From contig JAUCBJ010008077.1 of NCBI GenBank assembly GCA_032718475.1, positions 62,001 to 126,000 of the forward strand: DNA of 64,000 nt, in the 5' to 3' direction. A program made the translations under genes and the position numbers. Position 1 is the first letter of the stretch, and the number at the start of each line of letters is the position of its first letter. Below, one piece after another: positions 12,385 through 26,430 of this stretch. The notes beneath the pieces were generated by a model. It made no database searches and was not told the DNA's origin. It saw only the letters and a program-made list of their open reading frames with translations. The stretch is from Nemertoderma westbladi. Taxonomy: Eukaryota; Animalia; Xenacoelomorpha.

Positions 12385-13620
12385 ATGTCTTATTCTGATT
12401 CCAATGATTCTACCCCAACTGGCACTGGACCCTCCAAAGTTATTCCTTTGAAACCAATCCGCTATATGTATTGTGATACCCCTATGCCACAGAAGTACCT
12501 CTCTACACATCTTCAGAAATTTCATAATTTAAGTAAGGAAGAATCCAAACTACGAATGCAGGAATTTAAAGAAGCACAGTTCCAATCTAAATCTACAAAG
12601 GTCATCAATAATCTAGAAGATTCTATTTATACAGTAGTTAGGCAAATTATGGGAGCAAACAATGTTGGGGAGGGGGCTGAAGTATTGTCTGATTGGGTTA
12701 TTTCACGGCTAGGTAAAAAAGTTGATAAGGGTGTCCTAAACAAAGTTATATCATTAAGAGGCAATGACTTTGTAAAATATAGAAACGTAGGAAGTCAGGC
12801 AGGTAATGGTATCAGAGGCTCCATTGCTTGTGCTGGGGTTTTGGAAGCTGATATTAGTGGTACTTCTAGAGCTCTGTCTAGTGTGCCAATCAGTACCACT
12901 GTGAGTGCCACTAGCTTGGGTACTCTACTAGTACCACTAATAGCAGTTATGCTGCAAGTTGTAGGCCTAGTCAGCTTATTACCAGTACTGCAACTGCAAC
13001 CAGTCCCACTGGTATTGGCAACGGGAGACCTTAATGAGGGGCATATTGCTGTAGATCTTTCTTCACTTTCAGTATCACCTCCAATGATAAACTTGCCTTC
13101 CCCTACCACCCCTTGTTCAGTCATCCTTGAAAGGTGCGACTCTGTCCTAACGATAAAGGTTGTAGGAAGAACATGAGTTTTTGGTTTTCCTCAGATGATG
13201 CTGATAGTGAAGAAGAGATCATACGACCTCCTAAACGCCCCAGAGTGATGATGATAGTGATTGCGAAGAGGTGGTAGGGAAGTGTGTCACAACTGGCTAT
13301 GACTGGGGTACGCAATTGGTTAAGGGAAAGCTTGCTATACATGATTTTGACCTAAGGTTTGATCCGACCCATGTACAGGTTCTCCAGAAATGGAAGGACT
13401 CCATGGAGGCAGATCAACGTAACAGTCAAAAATATTTCAAGCAAAACCTTAACATGGTTGCTACTATTGCATTCCAGTTTCAGAGGCGGTTGGGCACTAC
13501 TGATCAGGGTTTTGTAGAACTGTGTAACTAAGTGTGTAGCTAAGTGGCAATCAGCATGTCGAATCCTGTCTAAATTCGAAACTAGAAATTATGCATGGCT
13601 TCATTCTACCTTTGTAGCTG
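12385..13620 (+). pseudogene. Degraded ORF with N-terminal C2H2-like finger; unknown, probably TE-derived
   Basis: YCDTPMPQKYLSTHLQKFHNL, then low-complexity sequence; downstream fragment 13271-13531. Confidence 0.35.
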
Positions 13621-13729
13621 AAGGTGATTGTTTACCATCACCAGTTACACCTTAGCAACAACAACATCAGCAAGATCATATAAGTGTTGAGGCGGGAGAA
13701 AATAATTGTTTTTCTCGCAAAAATAACTC

Positions 13730-14070
13730 AGGTAGAAGAACAATAGACTTTGGGGAAGCTTCACATCGTACGAAACACAGACGAGTACAGGAAATAACAT
13801 CGGAAATTAAAACTCCTGCTCTTGTCGCAGCAACTGCAGCTTCCTTGAAAGCTGAAGGTAGAAAACGTACATCTGAAATGTTACTAGCATGTTACTACCG
13901 AGCCCGAATCATCTGTAGTATATTCTGATGATGAAGCTCTTGCACTAATGCTCGATGGAAAATTAAGTTAATCAATGTACCAGATAATCAGAAACAAAGC
14001 ATGTTCTCAGGGTGTCAAAATCTATCCAGCATACAATCACGTCCGGGAAGCCAAAAATAGGTGTTACCCA
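13730..14070 (+). pseudogene. Transib (RAG1-related) transposase N-terminal fragment
   Basis: Manual translation: GRRTIDFGEASHRTKHRRV...; YSDDEALALMLDGKLS*SMYQIIRNKA...IYPAYNHVREAKNRCYP, which matches the recalled Transib YPxYxxVxEAKxxCYP pattern. Confidence 0.75.
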
Positions 14071-14416
14071 TTAGGAATAAATTCCCAGGATTATCAGGCA
14101 TCTGAAGGGTTTATGTTTACGGTTGGGAGGTAGCAGGACAATGCCTGAACATAGTGACGCTGCCCATGTCAGGCATATGACTGATTGCCTTAAGGAATGG
14201 CGCACGGTTGTTGCATCATCTCCTCCCTGCATGCCCGAACTGACAATGAACGTACCGAGAGGGATAGGGGGTTGTGAATTGTCTTCGCAATTTACCAACA
14301 TTGGGGAAATTGGCAGGCAGCGCCTTAAGGAAACTATAAAAACGTTTCTAACTAAAGGAGAATGTTATGCCCGTGTTCCAAAATTAAACTCTGTCCCTAT
14401 TACCTGCGATGAACAA

Positions 14417-14829
14417 TTTATACAATCCCGGCTTATAAACTGGACTAATTCGGACATACGTACGAAAATTGAAGAACTAATTGAGGAATTATTTGATATG
14501 GATGATAGTTCTAAAGAACAATAAACTCTTCAATTAAAGCAAGCTAAAACGAAAGACAAATTAATATTATTGTGCAAGAAACTACTGGCATTATAATTCA
14601 ATTGATAAACAATATTAAAGTACTTATTATATAATAACTATGGCTTATTTTATAATTTGGTTATCTACGTACTGCTACCGGTAACACGAATTTTAATGGA
14701 TTATGCAATAAGTGCAAATAAATCGATTACAAAAAATAATCGATTAAAATAAAAAAAAATAGAACTTTTTCCCCAGGCAACAAAAAAAAGTACCAATTTA
14801 AAAATAAGATTACGTATTACAATATGGGT
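14417..14829 (+). repeat. ~413-bp dispersed direct repeat, copy 1
   Basis: Near-identical to 21054-21466; ends ...TTACAATATGGGT. Confidence 0.9.
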
Positions 14830-16125
14830 GGGTATACGTATCATCTGGCGTCTCGGTTCGAGACAATTGTGGACTCTTCTCACACAATTTTTTATATCTC
14901 CACTCTACTCTAGACTGACTCTAACTTCTCTAGCTCCACTCTAACTCCATCTTACTTCCAGACCTCTTTGTCCCTCACTCTGCCTCTTACTCCTCACTCC
15001 CCACTTTTTGAATTGCACCTGTATTCTTTCCACACGCGTCAACACCACCTCTCACTATCTCCCCTGCGCTCTTGTACTCAACCCTTACTTATTTTTGCTC
15101 CATTCACTCGTGACGAGCCTCACCCTCCCCTTCCGTGCCATCGCACTTAAGAAGTGTGAAGTGTGTAGTGCCACAGAAGTGTGTAGTGCCACGTCTAGTC
15201 TCCCGTCCTCCTGTCATAGTCGATTGGTCCCCAGTCCCACTAGCTATTTGGAAAAGGTTACATGACTATAGTACTTACTTTGATTATATTGATTTGAATT
15301 ATACTCTATTGATTATTACATACGTACATACTAATTGCACTTTTATTAAATTTGCACTTAGTAGTTCGTATTACTTCACATGTGGTGCCTTCCAGGCATC
15401 CCGAGATCTCCCCCTCCAAGTCCTAGTTCGCTCCTCCCGTCTTTGGGAATCATCTCAGTTCCTTCCCTCTGTTGTCGTCCTGTCTCGGTCGCTTCCTCGT
15501 TGTCGCCGCTTCCTTGTTCTTGTCCTCCTTAAGGCTCCTCATCCTTTCCGTCACCTCCTTACTGATTGCCGTGGTCGATTCCCTGGGCTCTGGTGTTATT
15601 AGCTCCCGGTATCGTTTCGCAGGTGGCCCTTCCGAATGCCCCTCCTGCTTTCCCCTAGTAGCGTCCCACAAGATCACCTTCATGGCCTGCGGCACATGCT
15701 CCGCCAGGAAATCTCTGAACTCTCCCCTGTTCTCTGGCGCCCATCTATCTAAATACCTCTGCGTATTGATCACTCCACCATACGATACCACCGTCGCTAC
15801 TTCTTGATAATCTCATCTCAGAGATTCTCATCTCCGGCATGGCTACCTGTGATAATTGAAACCATAATTTCTAACTTTATTTTACTGCACAGCACATGTA
15901 TATTAATAATATCGTATAACATCTTGGATATTATTAATAATAGAACGGACAACCCGGGGGGGGGGGGGGTGGGGGGTAATATAGACATTGCATTATTGAT
16001 ACCATACCATACTGATTCTAGAATTTTGAATAAGAGGGTGCGACTAAATTTTCAGAGTAATTTTTCATGTTTAATTTTTGTTTTAATTTCTAGCTATTTC
16101 TGTAGCTGCCAAAATATACAATAAA

Positions 16126-17353
16126 ATGATTCTATATAGGATTAGGCCTCACATAGAGAAACTACTGCGTAAGAGCCAAAACGGATTTCGACCAAATAGA
16201 TCAACAATAGCTCAGATACTTGCACTACGGAGACTGAAGGAATTAAGTCTAAGAATCTGCCCGCAGTCATGACTTTCGTGGACTTCAAGAAGGCATTCGA
16301 CTCCATCCTATGAGGTAAAATGCTTGAAATCCTAAGAGCTTATGGAATACCAGAAGTAATTGTTGCTGGCATTGGATTGTTATATTGTGACACAGAAGCG
16401 CAGGTACTCTCACCAGATGGTAAACTGAGTTTTTCTCAATCCTGGCTGGTGTACTACAAGGTGACACATTAGCACCATTACTATTTGAATTGTGCTGGAT
16501 TATGCAATGAGGACGGCCACAAAGGGTGAAGATCTGGGATTCACACTTCAAGAACGCAGAAGTAGTAGATATCCGGCAACTACAGTCACAGACACCGACT
16601 TTGCGGAAGACATCGCCCTGCTCTCTAATACGCTAGCAGATGCACAGCTACTACTAAATAAATTGGAGAGGGCTGCTAAGGAGGTTGGATTGCATATAAA
16701 TGCTACCAAGACCAAATTCATGACCTTTAATATTGATGAAAACTTGACAACCATTGATAATAATCAACTAAGGAAGGTCGATGACTTCCAGTACCTTGGA
16801 TCATGGATACAGAGTAGCAAAAAGGACATTGAAGTTAGGAAAGCAAAGGCTTGAGTAGCTCTATCAAAAACGGATACCATCTGGAAATCAGATCTCTCCA
16901 GGCACCTGAAGACTAAGTTCTTTTGAGCCACAGTGGAAAGTGTATTTTTTTTACGGGGGTGAGACCTGGACACGTACTAAATCACTTGAACAACGAATTG
17001 ATGGTTGCTACACAAGACTACTAAGGGCAGCCCTAAACATCAGCTGGAGACAACACATGACAAATGCCGAGCTTTATGGTACAATACCACCTGTATCAAC
17101 CACCCTCCGTGAACGCAGATTAAGATTCAGTGGGCACTGCTGGCGAAGTAAAGACGAGGTCATACCAGATCTACTTCTCTGGCAACCAACTCATGGAAAG
17201 CGTAGTCGTGGACGGCTGGCCATAACATATAGATCAACTTGAAAGGGATACTGAACTTGGGAGAAACGAAATTGCGACAACTATGGAGAATCGGGAAGCC
17301 TGGAAGGATCTCATTTCCACTGTCCGAGCGCGCTTGACAGTAGTAGTAGTAGT
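16126..17353 (+). mobile_element. 5'-truncated RTE-clade LINE
   Basis: QNGFRPNRST, QGDTLAP, DFAEDIALL (degenerate YADD), RLRFSGHCWR; 3' (GTA)n tail at 17340-17353. Confidence 0.9.
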
Positions 17354-17649
17354 AATTTTTGTTTTAATTACTAACTATTTCGTAATTGTTGCCACAAAAA
17401 TATGATTTATAATATATTGTTAAATTTTGTTTATTAATTATTTTGAAAAAATAGCTAACTTGAGGAATCCAAATTTATTTATCTATTTATTATTATTATT
17501 ATTATTGCTGAACTGTTGTAATTAATTCCTATGAATTTACTATGTTAGCTTTAAAGTGGGCAAGAGCAATACTGTCCCCCCTAGCAGTGATCCTAATTGC
17601 CGCTTTCCATCTGGCAATGGCAACATCCGTGAACAGCGTCGACCGATGG

Positions 17650-18302
17650 AGCGCTTAAACTGCACATATCAGAACGTACAATCTCTAACTGATAAAGTGG
17701 TAATTTCAATTAAAATTGTAACTCGTCTAATCAATATTGTCTTCCGGAAATATTCGATAACCTACAAAACCTCGAACTAGTAACACCGGAAGGATACAAA
17801 AATGACTATATTATTCGAGAAGTATGAACTGGTGGTGGAATAGCTTACATTACAAGAGAAACAATAGAACTTCGAAGGATCGAAGTGAACCATAGCGACG
17901 AGTTTGAGGCAATGTTTCTTGTCTGGAACAAGAATCTATTCATTGTTCTCTATCGTCCACCATCCACCAAAATCTGTATGGTGTCAGACCGATCTTTTAA
18001 ATTCCTCCTTGAATCACAGGGATTTTATGTACCGACGATTGGACCCCACACACAGAGACGGACACTCATTAGATGCAATTGCTTCACTGTCATCTGAGAT
18101 AAGAAATATCGATGTGTCACCAGTTAATAATGTTATTAGCGATCACGGACGTATAACTTGGACCCAAGAACAGTTTACGGAAACTCCCCTTGAAAGATGT
18201 GAAAATCCGCAGTTTAGATCTTGGAAAAGATTTAATCAAGAAGCCTTTGTTGCTGATATTACCACAAAACAATTACATCGCGAAATGCCGCCGAATCAGT
18301 GA
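17650..18302 (+). pseudogene. LINE apurinic-like endonuclease fragment (CR1/L2 group)
   Basis: YQNVQSL, GGGIAYI, VLYRPP, PTHRDGHSLD, SDH and FRSWKRFN motifs with frameshifts. Confidence 0.75.
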
Positions 18303-21053
18303 CATTAATCAAATGCCCCGTAAGTTGTAGATTTGCCATGTGGAGGCAAAAGACTTGCCAATCTGGGGCCTGGAATGTGATCATATGCTGCCGGGAGGCA
18401 GCTGGCCGTGGTCGATGAACGGGGGGGGGGGGGGGGGGGGGGGTCTTGAGCTAATAACGGGGAGACGGGTCGACCCCCCCCCCCCCCCCCCCCACGGAAT
18501 CCCGGCTCAAGAATAGCAAGGAATGACCCCACGCCGATGCCATTTACATAAAATTGGGCGGCTTCGGCGGGGGCAAGAGGCATAATTACGAAGTTCATTC
18601 CAGATGAAAGGTCCCTAAAATTTATTATTTTATTTATTTATTTTAATTTTATTCCACGCCTAACGGCACATAGACAAATAATTTAAAAACAAAAAATAAA
18701 TTGCACTTTATTTAACATCTCCTTCCCATACGGTATTTGGACAACTGTACGATTTTGTCAATCCCAGTTGACTATAATGTACCTGAGAAGCTATTCTACT
18801 TGACTGATCAGAAAAATTTTATTTTTCGTTATTTAAAATTAGTTTATACTAGTTAACAATGATAAAAACTTGGTTGCATTTGAAACCCTAAGGCTTTTAC
18901 AATTTTGTATCTAATCACATGAAAGATTTTTTTATAACATAGAGCAAGGCTGGGGCAACATATCTATCAGACGGAATCTTGTGAAAATAAATATCATCCG
19001 CTGGGTGGTGCTGCAAATTTATTATTTGTTATAAATATGTATATGTTATAAATATGTTATAAATAAAACTATTAAATATAACTAATAAATAATAATAATA
19101 ATATAACTAACCATATATAACCCACATTCCTGGTGTAGGTACCTAGGGAGTGTCTATGGTTCAGTGGACTGCGACTGGGAATTTTAGTCCCTTTGTGAAT
19201 CTGGTTGCGGGAGTGTTTGTTTTTATTGTGGTGGATGGAGAGGAGCCTATCGTTAAATCGTGCTTTATGTGTTCTTTACACGTTCGTGGGGCCTTCGCGC
19301 AGCACGAGGCCCAGTTATGAGATACAAATTAAAATTGAGCGACTGTATCACAAAATCAGGTTTTGAGAAATTTACCCACACCACCAATCAATCAAAGAAA
19401 GGGGGACAGTACGTGTTCACCCATTTTAATCCCCCCCCCCACCCTTCTCAACCACCAATACATAACCGCGACATCTACCACCCACGGAAGGGTAGAACGA
19501 ACTTATTTCCAATCGCACGTTCAATATGCAAAGCCAGGTGGTTTATAGGAATATAATCAACGCAGTACTCGTCTTAAATATTATAAGCGTCGTTCAGTCG
19601 TTGCGCTCGTCCAGAGTAAGGATGCAGTATTACAGCGCCAAGTAGATTTAATCTGTTCAGAATATTCCGGACGCTAAGTTCATGTCATTCCCGATAAGTC
19701 GGGACTTTACAAAACTCGTGGATAAATCCGCGTGTAGCAGAGAGCAGATAAATTGGGTTGAATAGTAAAACAAAATAAAATGGAACTGTAAGTGGAACTG
19801 CGGCGATTTGGGGTTTTTTTATGCTGAATAGTCAGCCTGTCCGCGATAAGTTCAGCTGCCCTTTTTAATGGGTTGCCGGTACAAATGAAATACACATTGC
19901 AGTTACTAAAATAAAAGTGGCGCATATTATTGTACATTTACAACAACAATTATATAAATGCAATATGCCTGATCCCTATTAATGTACTTTGTACCGCCAA
20001 TTCTGTAATTCAATAACGCAAAGCCGCCTTTACCCACACCCACCCACTAATTAGCATGGTAGCGTAAGCAGTATGAATTGGAATGAAATTGTGAAATAAT
20101 TTATTTAAACTATTATGTACATTTAGATGAAATAATAATACATTAAGTTGGCCTACAGAAATAAACATTGATATTCGGAACAGTAAAACAATAATTTATT
20201 TCATTCATTCAACTAACCAGAGAGACTCGTAGCTGCAGTGAATATTAACATCCCACCATTACTTTAGTAATAATATTAATGTCATTGAACCCGATACACA
20301 TACACCTCCAATCAGCCAGTTCAATGGAGAGTGAGTGAATGGATGGGGAATTAATGCTATCCTACCAGCAGAGTAGGAGGTAGGGAATGCAGGTTGCAAT
20401 CTCGTTAGGTCTAGCTCGCCAATCTCTCTACCAGCCGTGTGGCTAGTTACATACACCCCCCCTCCACTGGCATTCCCAGCAACTGGCTGCCTTACGCAGA
20501 CATCCTTCCCATCTATGTACCAGCCAACTTGATGCATGTTGGCCAATAAATGAGCAGTATTTAATGAGAATCAATTTTTTAGGCCGTTTTAATTACTTTA
20601 GATCAATTAAAGACACAATTATTAAAGCAAATCACTTGAACTAATTAAAAACTATAATAGAATGGCGTATGTGGATTACATCTGTATAATTTTTAAGTAT
20701 AATTATTTAAATCTTATACTGTAAAACAATTAATTTCCTTTAAAAGGCAGGTTGAAAATGGTGTTTTACCGTGATCAACTTAATTAACTAATTAACTGCT
20801 ATTATCTTAGCTTCTCGAAGGCCACACGGAAATTCTACTTGGAAAATTTCTAAACTTTTGCCAAACAACATGTGTACCAAGTTTGGATAGATTTCATCAA
20901 AGATTGCCTGAGTTATTAACGTTTAAAATTGAACAAGACAGAACGACAGGTTGATTAATGGTACCACTACGCTAAGGCTCACTCACTTCGTGGCTCGCCC
21001 CACATTTATCATATGTTAATAATATAAAATAATAAATCGGCTAAAAAAAAAAA

Positions 21054-21466
21054 TTTATACAATCCCGGATTATAAACTGGAGTAATTCGGACATACTTAC
21101 GAAAATTGAAGAACTAATTGAGGAATTATTTGATATGGATGATAGTTCTAAAGAACAATATACTCTTCAATTAAAGCAAGCTAAAACGAAAGACAAATTA
21201 ATATTATTGTGCAAGAAACTACTGGCATTATAATTCAATTGATAAACAATATTAAAGTACTTATTATATAATAACTATGGCTTATTTTATAATTAGGTTA
21301 TCTACGTACTGCTACCGGTAACACGAACTTTAATGGATTATGCAATAAGTGCAAATAAATCGATTACAAAAAATAATCGATTAAATATAAAAAAAATAGA
21401 ACTTTTTCCCCAGGCAACAAAAAAAACTACCAATTTAAAAATAAGATTACGTATTACAATATGGGT
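21054..21466 (+). repeat. ~413-bp dispersed direct repeat, copy 2
   Basis: Near-identical to 14417-14829. Confidence 0.9.
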
Positions 21467-22551
21467 ATACATATAAGGTTTAACGTCGAGATTCTTTCTC
21501 GACGTTGTCTTTCTTGGTCCTTGCCCCGGCAGCCAGGATGTTTGATGCAATCCAATGCGCCATGTGGTAGGGAAGATGGGCGTTTGGTCGTATTGTAAAA
21601 CTGACGCTGCTAGATTAGCTGAAAACTGAAAACCTTGAAAACAGTTGTGTAATTATATCCCATATTATACATTTCTTGGGCCTTATCCAAGATGACTAGA
21701 TATTCTTCCTCTTCCAGAAATACATGAGTTAAAACTCTACAGATTACAGATACATTTCTCCCCTTCATATGTGACAACATATTCACCGCCATTAATCTTC
21801 GGTTCACTCTCATCATAATCATCGACCTCATTAAGCAGTGAGGCTGAAATTAAATAAAAAAATTAAATGAAAAAATTCTGAAAAAAAATGCTGAAAAAAT
21901 TAAATATATATATAATTAATTAATTTACTATTAATTATTTATTAATTCTATTAATTAATTAACTATAATTAATTACACAACATTGAAACATAGAAAACAT
22001 GTTGCCCATTATATGTACTTGGATAGCAGATGCATACTGTCCAATCTCCTATCACTAAATTAGAGAATTCCTTTCCTATTTTGAAAAAACCTTCACCATA
22101 ACCACTGATAGGACATGGAAATGGCAACTGGAACAAATGACTCACAAAATCAAGTATATGTCCATGTAATTTTAGACGTAATTTTAAACCATCAGGAATA
22201 ATTGAAAACGATCCCACTAATAAAAAACGGTTCGTAGTAAATATACAAGAACCTCTTTTTAGATGTTGAATGTCAGTATTCGATTTAACAACTGTCAGTA
22301 TGCTATTTGTGTTAGGTGTGCTATAAAAGTGTTTGCCATTTGCAGATTAAATCTTGAGAGAACAATTTACAGCAGAGTTGATGTTGAGTACAGTGGGTTG
22401 AGAAGAATTTAGATGGAAAGATGAGGCAATATTCTACTGAATTAACTGATGACAATAATTCAATTGCAAGTGGGTGCAGTAATACAAATAGAACAGGTGT
22501 CATGGATTCAGTCGACTGTGGGCTTATTTTATTAGCCCATGCTCGATAGTC

Positions 22552-25486
22552 ATGGAAGATCGATGTGATTCTACTGCTTCTCTAAATTCAGCAAAAAGGA
22601 CTCTTTTTGCAAATTCTCCGAATCCAAATTGGCTACGAAATTGTGCCATATTGGAATCGGACAGTGAGCCTAAAGAAGATGCAATAATTGTGGATAATAT
22701 TGTAGAACCATCTTATTGCTTTAAAGAAGGTACAACAAGGGGGAATCTACAGAGGGAGAGGTACTATCAAAGGTTCAGTGTGGATAGTTCCACTGAACTC
22801 TTACGATGGAAATCATCTTTAGAGCAGCAGCAGAAGACATCAAAAAAATGTATAGTAGATCAGTTGTATAAGGTCTCAAGAATGGCCTATTAAATACAAA
22901 AAGGCCCAAAACAACGTTGAAATGGGTTTTCAGTGATTCCATTCAAATTCTACAAATTTTGCTGGCATTAATTTCATACTTCGAGTTTCGGCTTATGGGA
23001 CAGAATCCAATCGGACATCTTTACTGCAGTCTGATAGTTTTAATCACACCCTGAAGGCCATCAGGAGATACCGCTCCAAGGTAGTCCGTGTATGGGAAGC
23101 TATAGAATCCCAAGCGAGGGAGATAGACTCCCTTCAGAAATTTCATGATATAAAACCTGCGGATGCCTTATTTATTTAATTTATGCCAGGCAAAGAACAC
23201 CCATATCACATTGATTTAAACAATAGACATAATGATTAACAAATTATAATAATATAGCTAGGTATGGTGGGGTGGGGCCCCGAGCAGGGAAGCACAAACT
23301 GCAATGAATAAAGAAAATCAATACAAAACAAAATAAACAAAATAACAAAACAAAACAAAATAAACGATTTGGACCTCCTAATGGCTGTCCAAGGAACACC
23401 GACCAATCAGACGGCTCGTCTGGAACGTCACCATGGCCAAACTCTGCACAATACTATTCTGAGACGAGTTCACGCGATGCAACAGTGATACCCGCGCATT
23501 GTGAAGGACATGAATGAGTTTCGGCAGATTTAATGCACCACACATGTATGATACACTAGAGTCATACCGAAATCCAAACAATTTTCTAATTATATTGTTG
23601 TAGGCCACCCTAAACTTGTTGTACGTTGCAATGGAGTAGTTACTTCGAGCCCACAACGAGCTGCAATAAACTTGCGTACAAAATGAGCGAAAAAGTTTCA
23701 CTTTAACGTCCCGAGAACTGTAGCTGAATTTACGAATGAGGAAATTACCCCTACGATATAAACTCGATAGCTGATTTAGAATGTCATAATTGTCATCGGT
23801 GGTAGAGTGAAATATATGACCTAAGTACTTAAATTTTGTAACTGTCTCAATAGCCTTACCATTTATCGATATATATTTAACTAAATCGTTGTTACTAGAT
23901 TTCGGTATGTATCGCATAAACTTAGATTTCTTCATATTAATCACAATAGAGTGCCTGTCGGCATAACTGGTGAAAGTGTCAATCAACTTATTTAAACCAG
24001 CTATCGAGTTTGATGCTAAAGATAAGTCATCAGCATACAAAAGATGATTTGATCTCTTATTATTTAATTTACAACCTACGTTTGTATTAGTTAACTCTAC
24101 ACTTAAGTCGTCCATATATATAGCATAGAAGTAGGCCGATAAAATACCCCCTTGTTTCGTGCCGTTAGTGACTGCAAACGAGTTAGATATACAACCCCCC
24201 CATCGTATACTAAGAACTTGAAACCGGTACCAATATCGAACTATCCTAATGTAAAACAGAGGAATGTTACGTTTAATTAATTTATCAAATAACTTGTAAT
24301 GGTTAACCAGATTGAAAGCCTTTGAGGAATCTATGAAACATATGTACACCGCACTGTCATTTTCTAAATAGTATTGTATGGTTTCTTTTAAAGCGAAAAC
24401 GCATAATTCAGTACCTAAATTACTTTTAAATCCAAACTGAGAGTCTGTAGTATTCAGTTTAGAACTGAAACGTTCAAGCATAACTAGCTCCAAAACTTTG
24501 CTACTTATAGTTGCAAGGGCTATGCCTCTATAATTATCAAAATGTGTGATATCATCATTTTTGTCCTTCACGATGGGCAAAATATTGCATAGCATGAACT
24601 CGTCATTCATATGACCATGAACATTGAAAGTACTGTACAGAGCCGCCAGGTGGCGGAACAGACGCGCGGTGCCATGGATATAGTGTTCGCTGGACAGACC
24701 ATCAGGTCCAATTTTTCCGGGAGACAACCTACCTACAGCAACAGCTACCTCAACATCAGAAACCAACATATCATTGCTAAACTCAATATTACTGAAAATA
24801 GATTCAATGTCGTGCTTGCCAGAGTCATCATTTACTTTATTGTATAAGTTTTTGAATCTTTCCTTAAAGGCGTCACATCACTTAGAAGTGATAAATAACA
24901 AAGACATTCGAGATGCAGTACTTAAGGCACATAAGCATTGCTTGAGTGCCGGTTATATGCAGGAATGTAAGAATTTCCTCGTTGTAAGATACATGATGTG
25001 TCTTATATGTATTGGTGAGCAGCAGAGGCCAAGTGTGGCTGGCTGCATGAAACTCTGAGTTTCAACGATCAACACATAAATAAAGCCTTTGATTCGCCAT
25101 CAAACCAGCATCTATTACTTGTGGCAAATCACAAAACAAAGACATCATCGCATGCAGGTGTTGTAATTGATGCAGATACGTTTAGTATGATTGAATCATA
25201 TATTAAAACTGTCAAGCAACTGCCGGGGTCACCAAATTGTGAATATGTATTCGTGAATTCCTGTGGCAATATATATGGGTCTTCAGTAACACAGGAAATA
25301 GCAAGGCTCCATAATCATTTTCAATTATCATATTGTCCATCGGTAACCAATGTGAGAAAGGTAATGGAAACGGCAGCCTCAGTAATTCCTTGTGATTCCA
25401 CAACGAATAGTCTAGCGAGTTATCTCTGCCATAGTACAATAACCCGCGATAGGAACTACATATTTTCCACTGTGAAAAAAATTTAA
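22552..25486 (+). pseudogene. Tyrosine recombinase (phage-integrase fold) pseudogene split by a LINE insertion
   Basis: Catalytic-like residues in order: GEQQRPSV (R), ANHKT (K), YVFVN, TNVRK (R), LASYLCHS (H), RDRNY (Y). The N-terminal part at 22552-23167 lies on the other side of the LINE. Confidence 0.7.
23168..24769 (-). mobile_element. 5'-truncated non-LTR retrotransposon with open RT ORF 23378-24769 (RTE-X/L2-like; clade uncertain)
   Basis: NYRGIAL, QFGFK, KQGGILS, NHLLYADD, KYLG; A-rich tail seen as TTATTTATT at ~23168. Confidence 0.9.
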
Positions 25487-25939
25487 TGCCCATGGACTTA
25501 CTTAAGTCAATGGCCAAGACAGGGGAGCAACAAATGCAGGATGCTCAGGATATGTTCGAGGGCCACTCTGCCCTTCACAAGGTCCTTAATCATAATAGCA
25601 GAGCTGGGCTGGGGAGTGCTACATCCCTTGCTAACACTACAGCTGCATCTACCTCTGCTGCCGTATCCGATAGTGCCACATCTAGTATGATTTCCAACGA
25701 AGGAATGGATTCTGTATCAATCCAGAAATCACCACGTTCCCCACTTAAATCGCCATCACTGACAAAAAGCAACGAAGTTATATGTCATGGAAGCATATAG
25801 ACCCCTCCCCAACCCAACTCTTCCAATCTATTACACGTGTTTTTCTATGTAAAGTGAATACCCCCCCCCCCCCCCCCCATGCGACCCTGTTACCACTGTC
25901 GAACAATGCCCACTGTGTATTGTACACCCCTTTACAGGT

Positions 25940-26430
25940 CCACATTGTTTGGTACGTAAGAACAGGCTACGTCACCTATTCAGGGATGCCCTACATGCCA
26001 CCAACCTACGTATTATTTTTAGATCTGTGAATAGGTTGTCTTCATTTTTCAGAACTAAAGATCTAGTTACCAAGCATATTGTTTATCTTTTTTCCTGTAG
26101 TAGCTGTAATGCTACGTATATTGGTAAATCTATCCATCATATTGGCGTATGTGTAGGAGAGCATAGTGGAAAATGACTTTCCACTCTGTTCTCCTACACG
26201 TACGCCAAGATGACCTTACAAACTACTTTTCTGTCCCCAGAAATTCAGCGGTTTTCGACCACTGGATTGGTACGGACCACTCATTCTCCCTACAGAACTT
26301 TGAAGTACTTTGTACAGTGCGTGATTCTTTTAGTTTATCCAATTTTATTAGAATTTTATTTAATTTATTTGAGAGACAGACACCCGACGTTGAATACACT
26401 TAATAGCTCCATTCCTCTTCAATTATACAT
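25940..26430 (+). pseudogene. Penelope-like element 3' fragment (GIY-YIG endonuclease)
   Basis: IVYLFSCSSCNATYIGKS...EH, SAVFDH, PTLN. Confidence 0.85.

Noticed and set aside
15450-15791. 113-aa charged ORF on the minus strand
   Set aside because: No recognisable domain or element boundaries.
20259-21000. Possible SINE and Helentron-associated repeat fragments
   Set aside because: Only vague resemblance; no termini, TSD or promoter boxes could be established.
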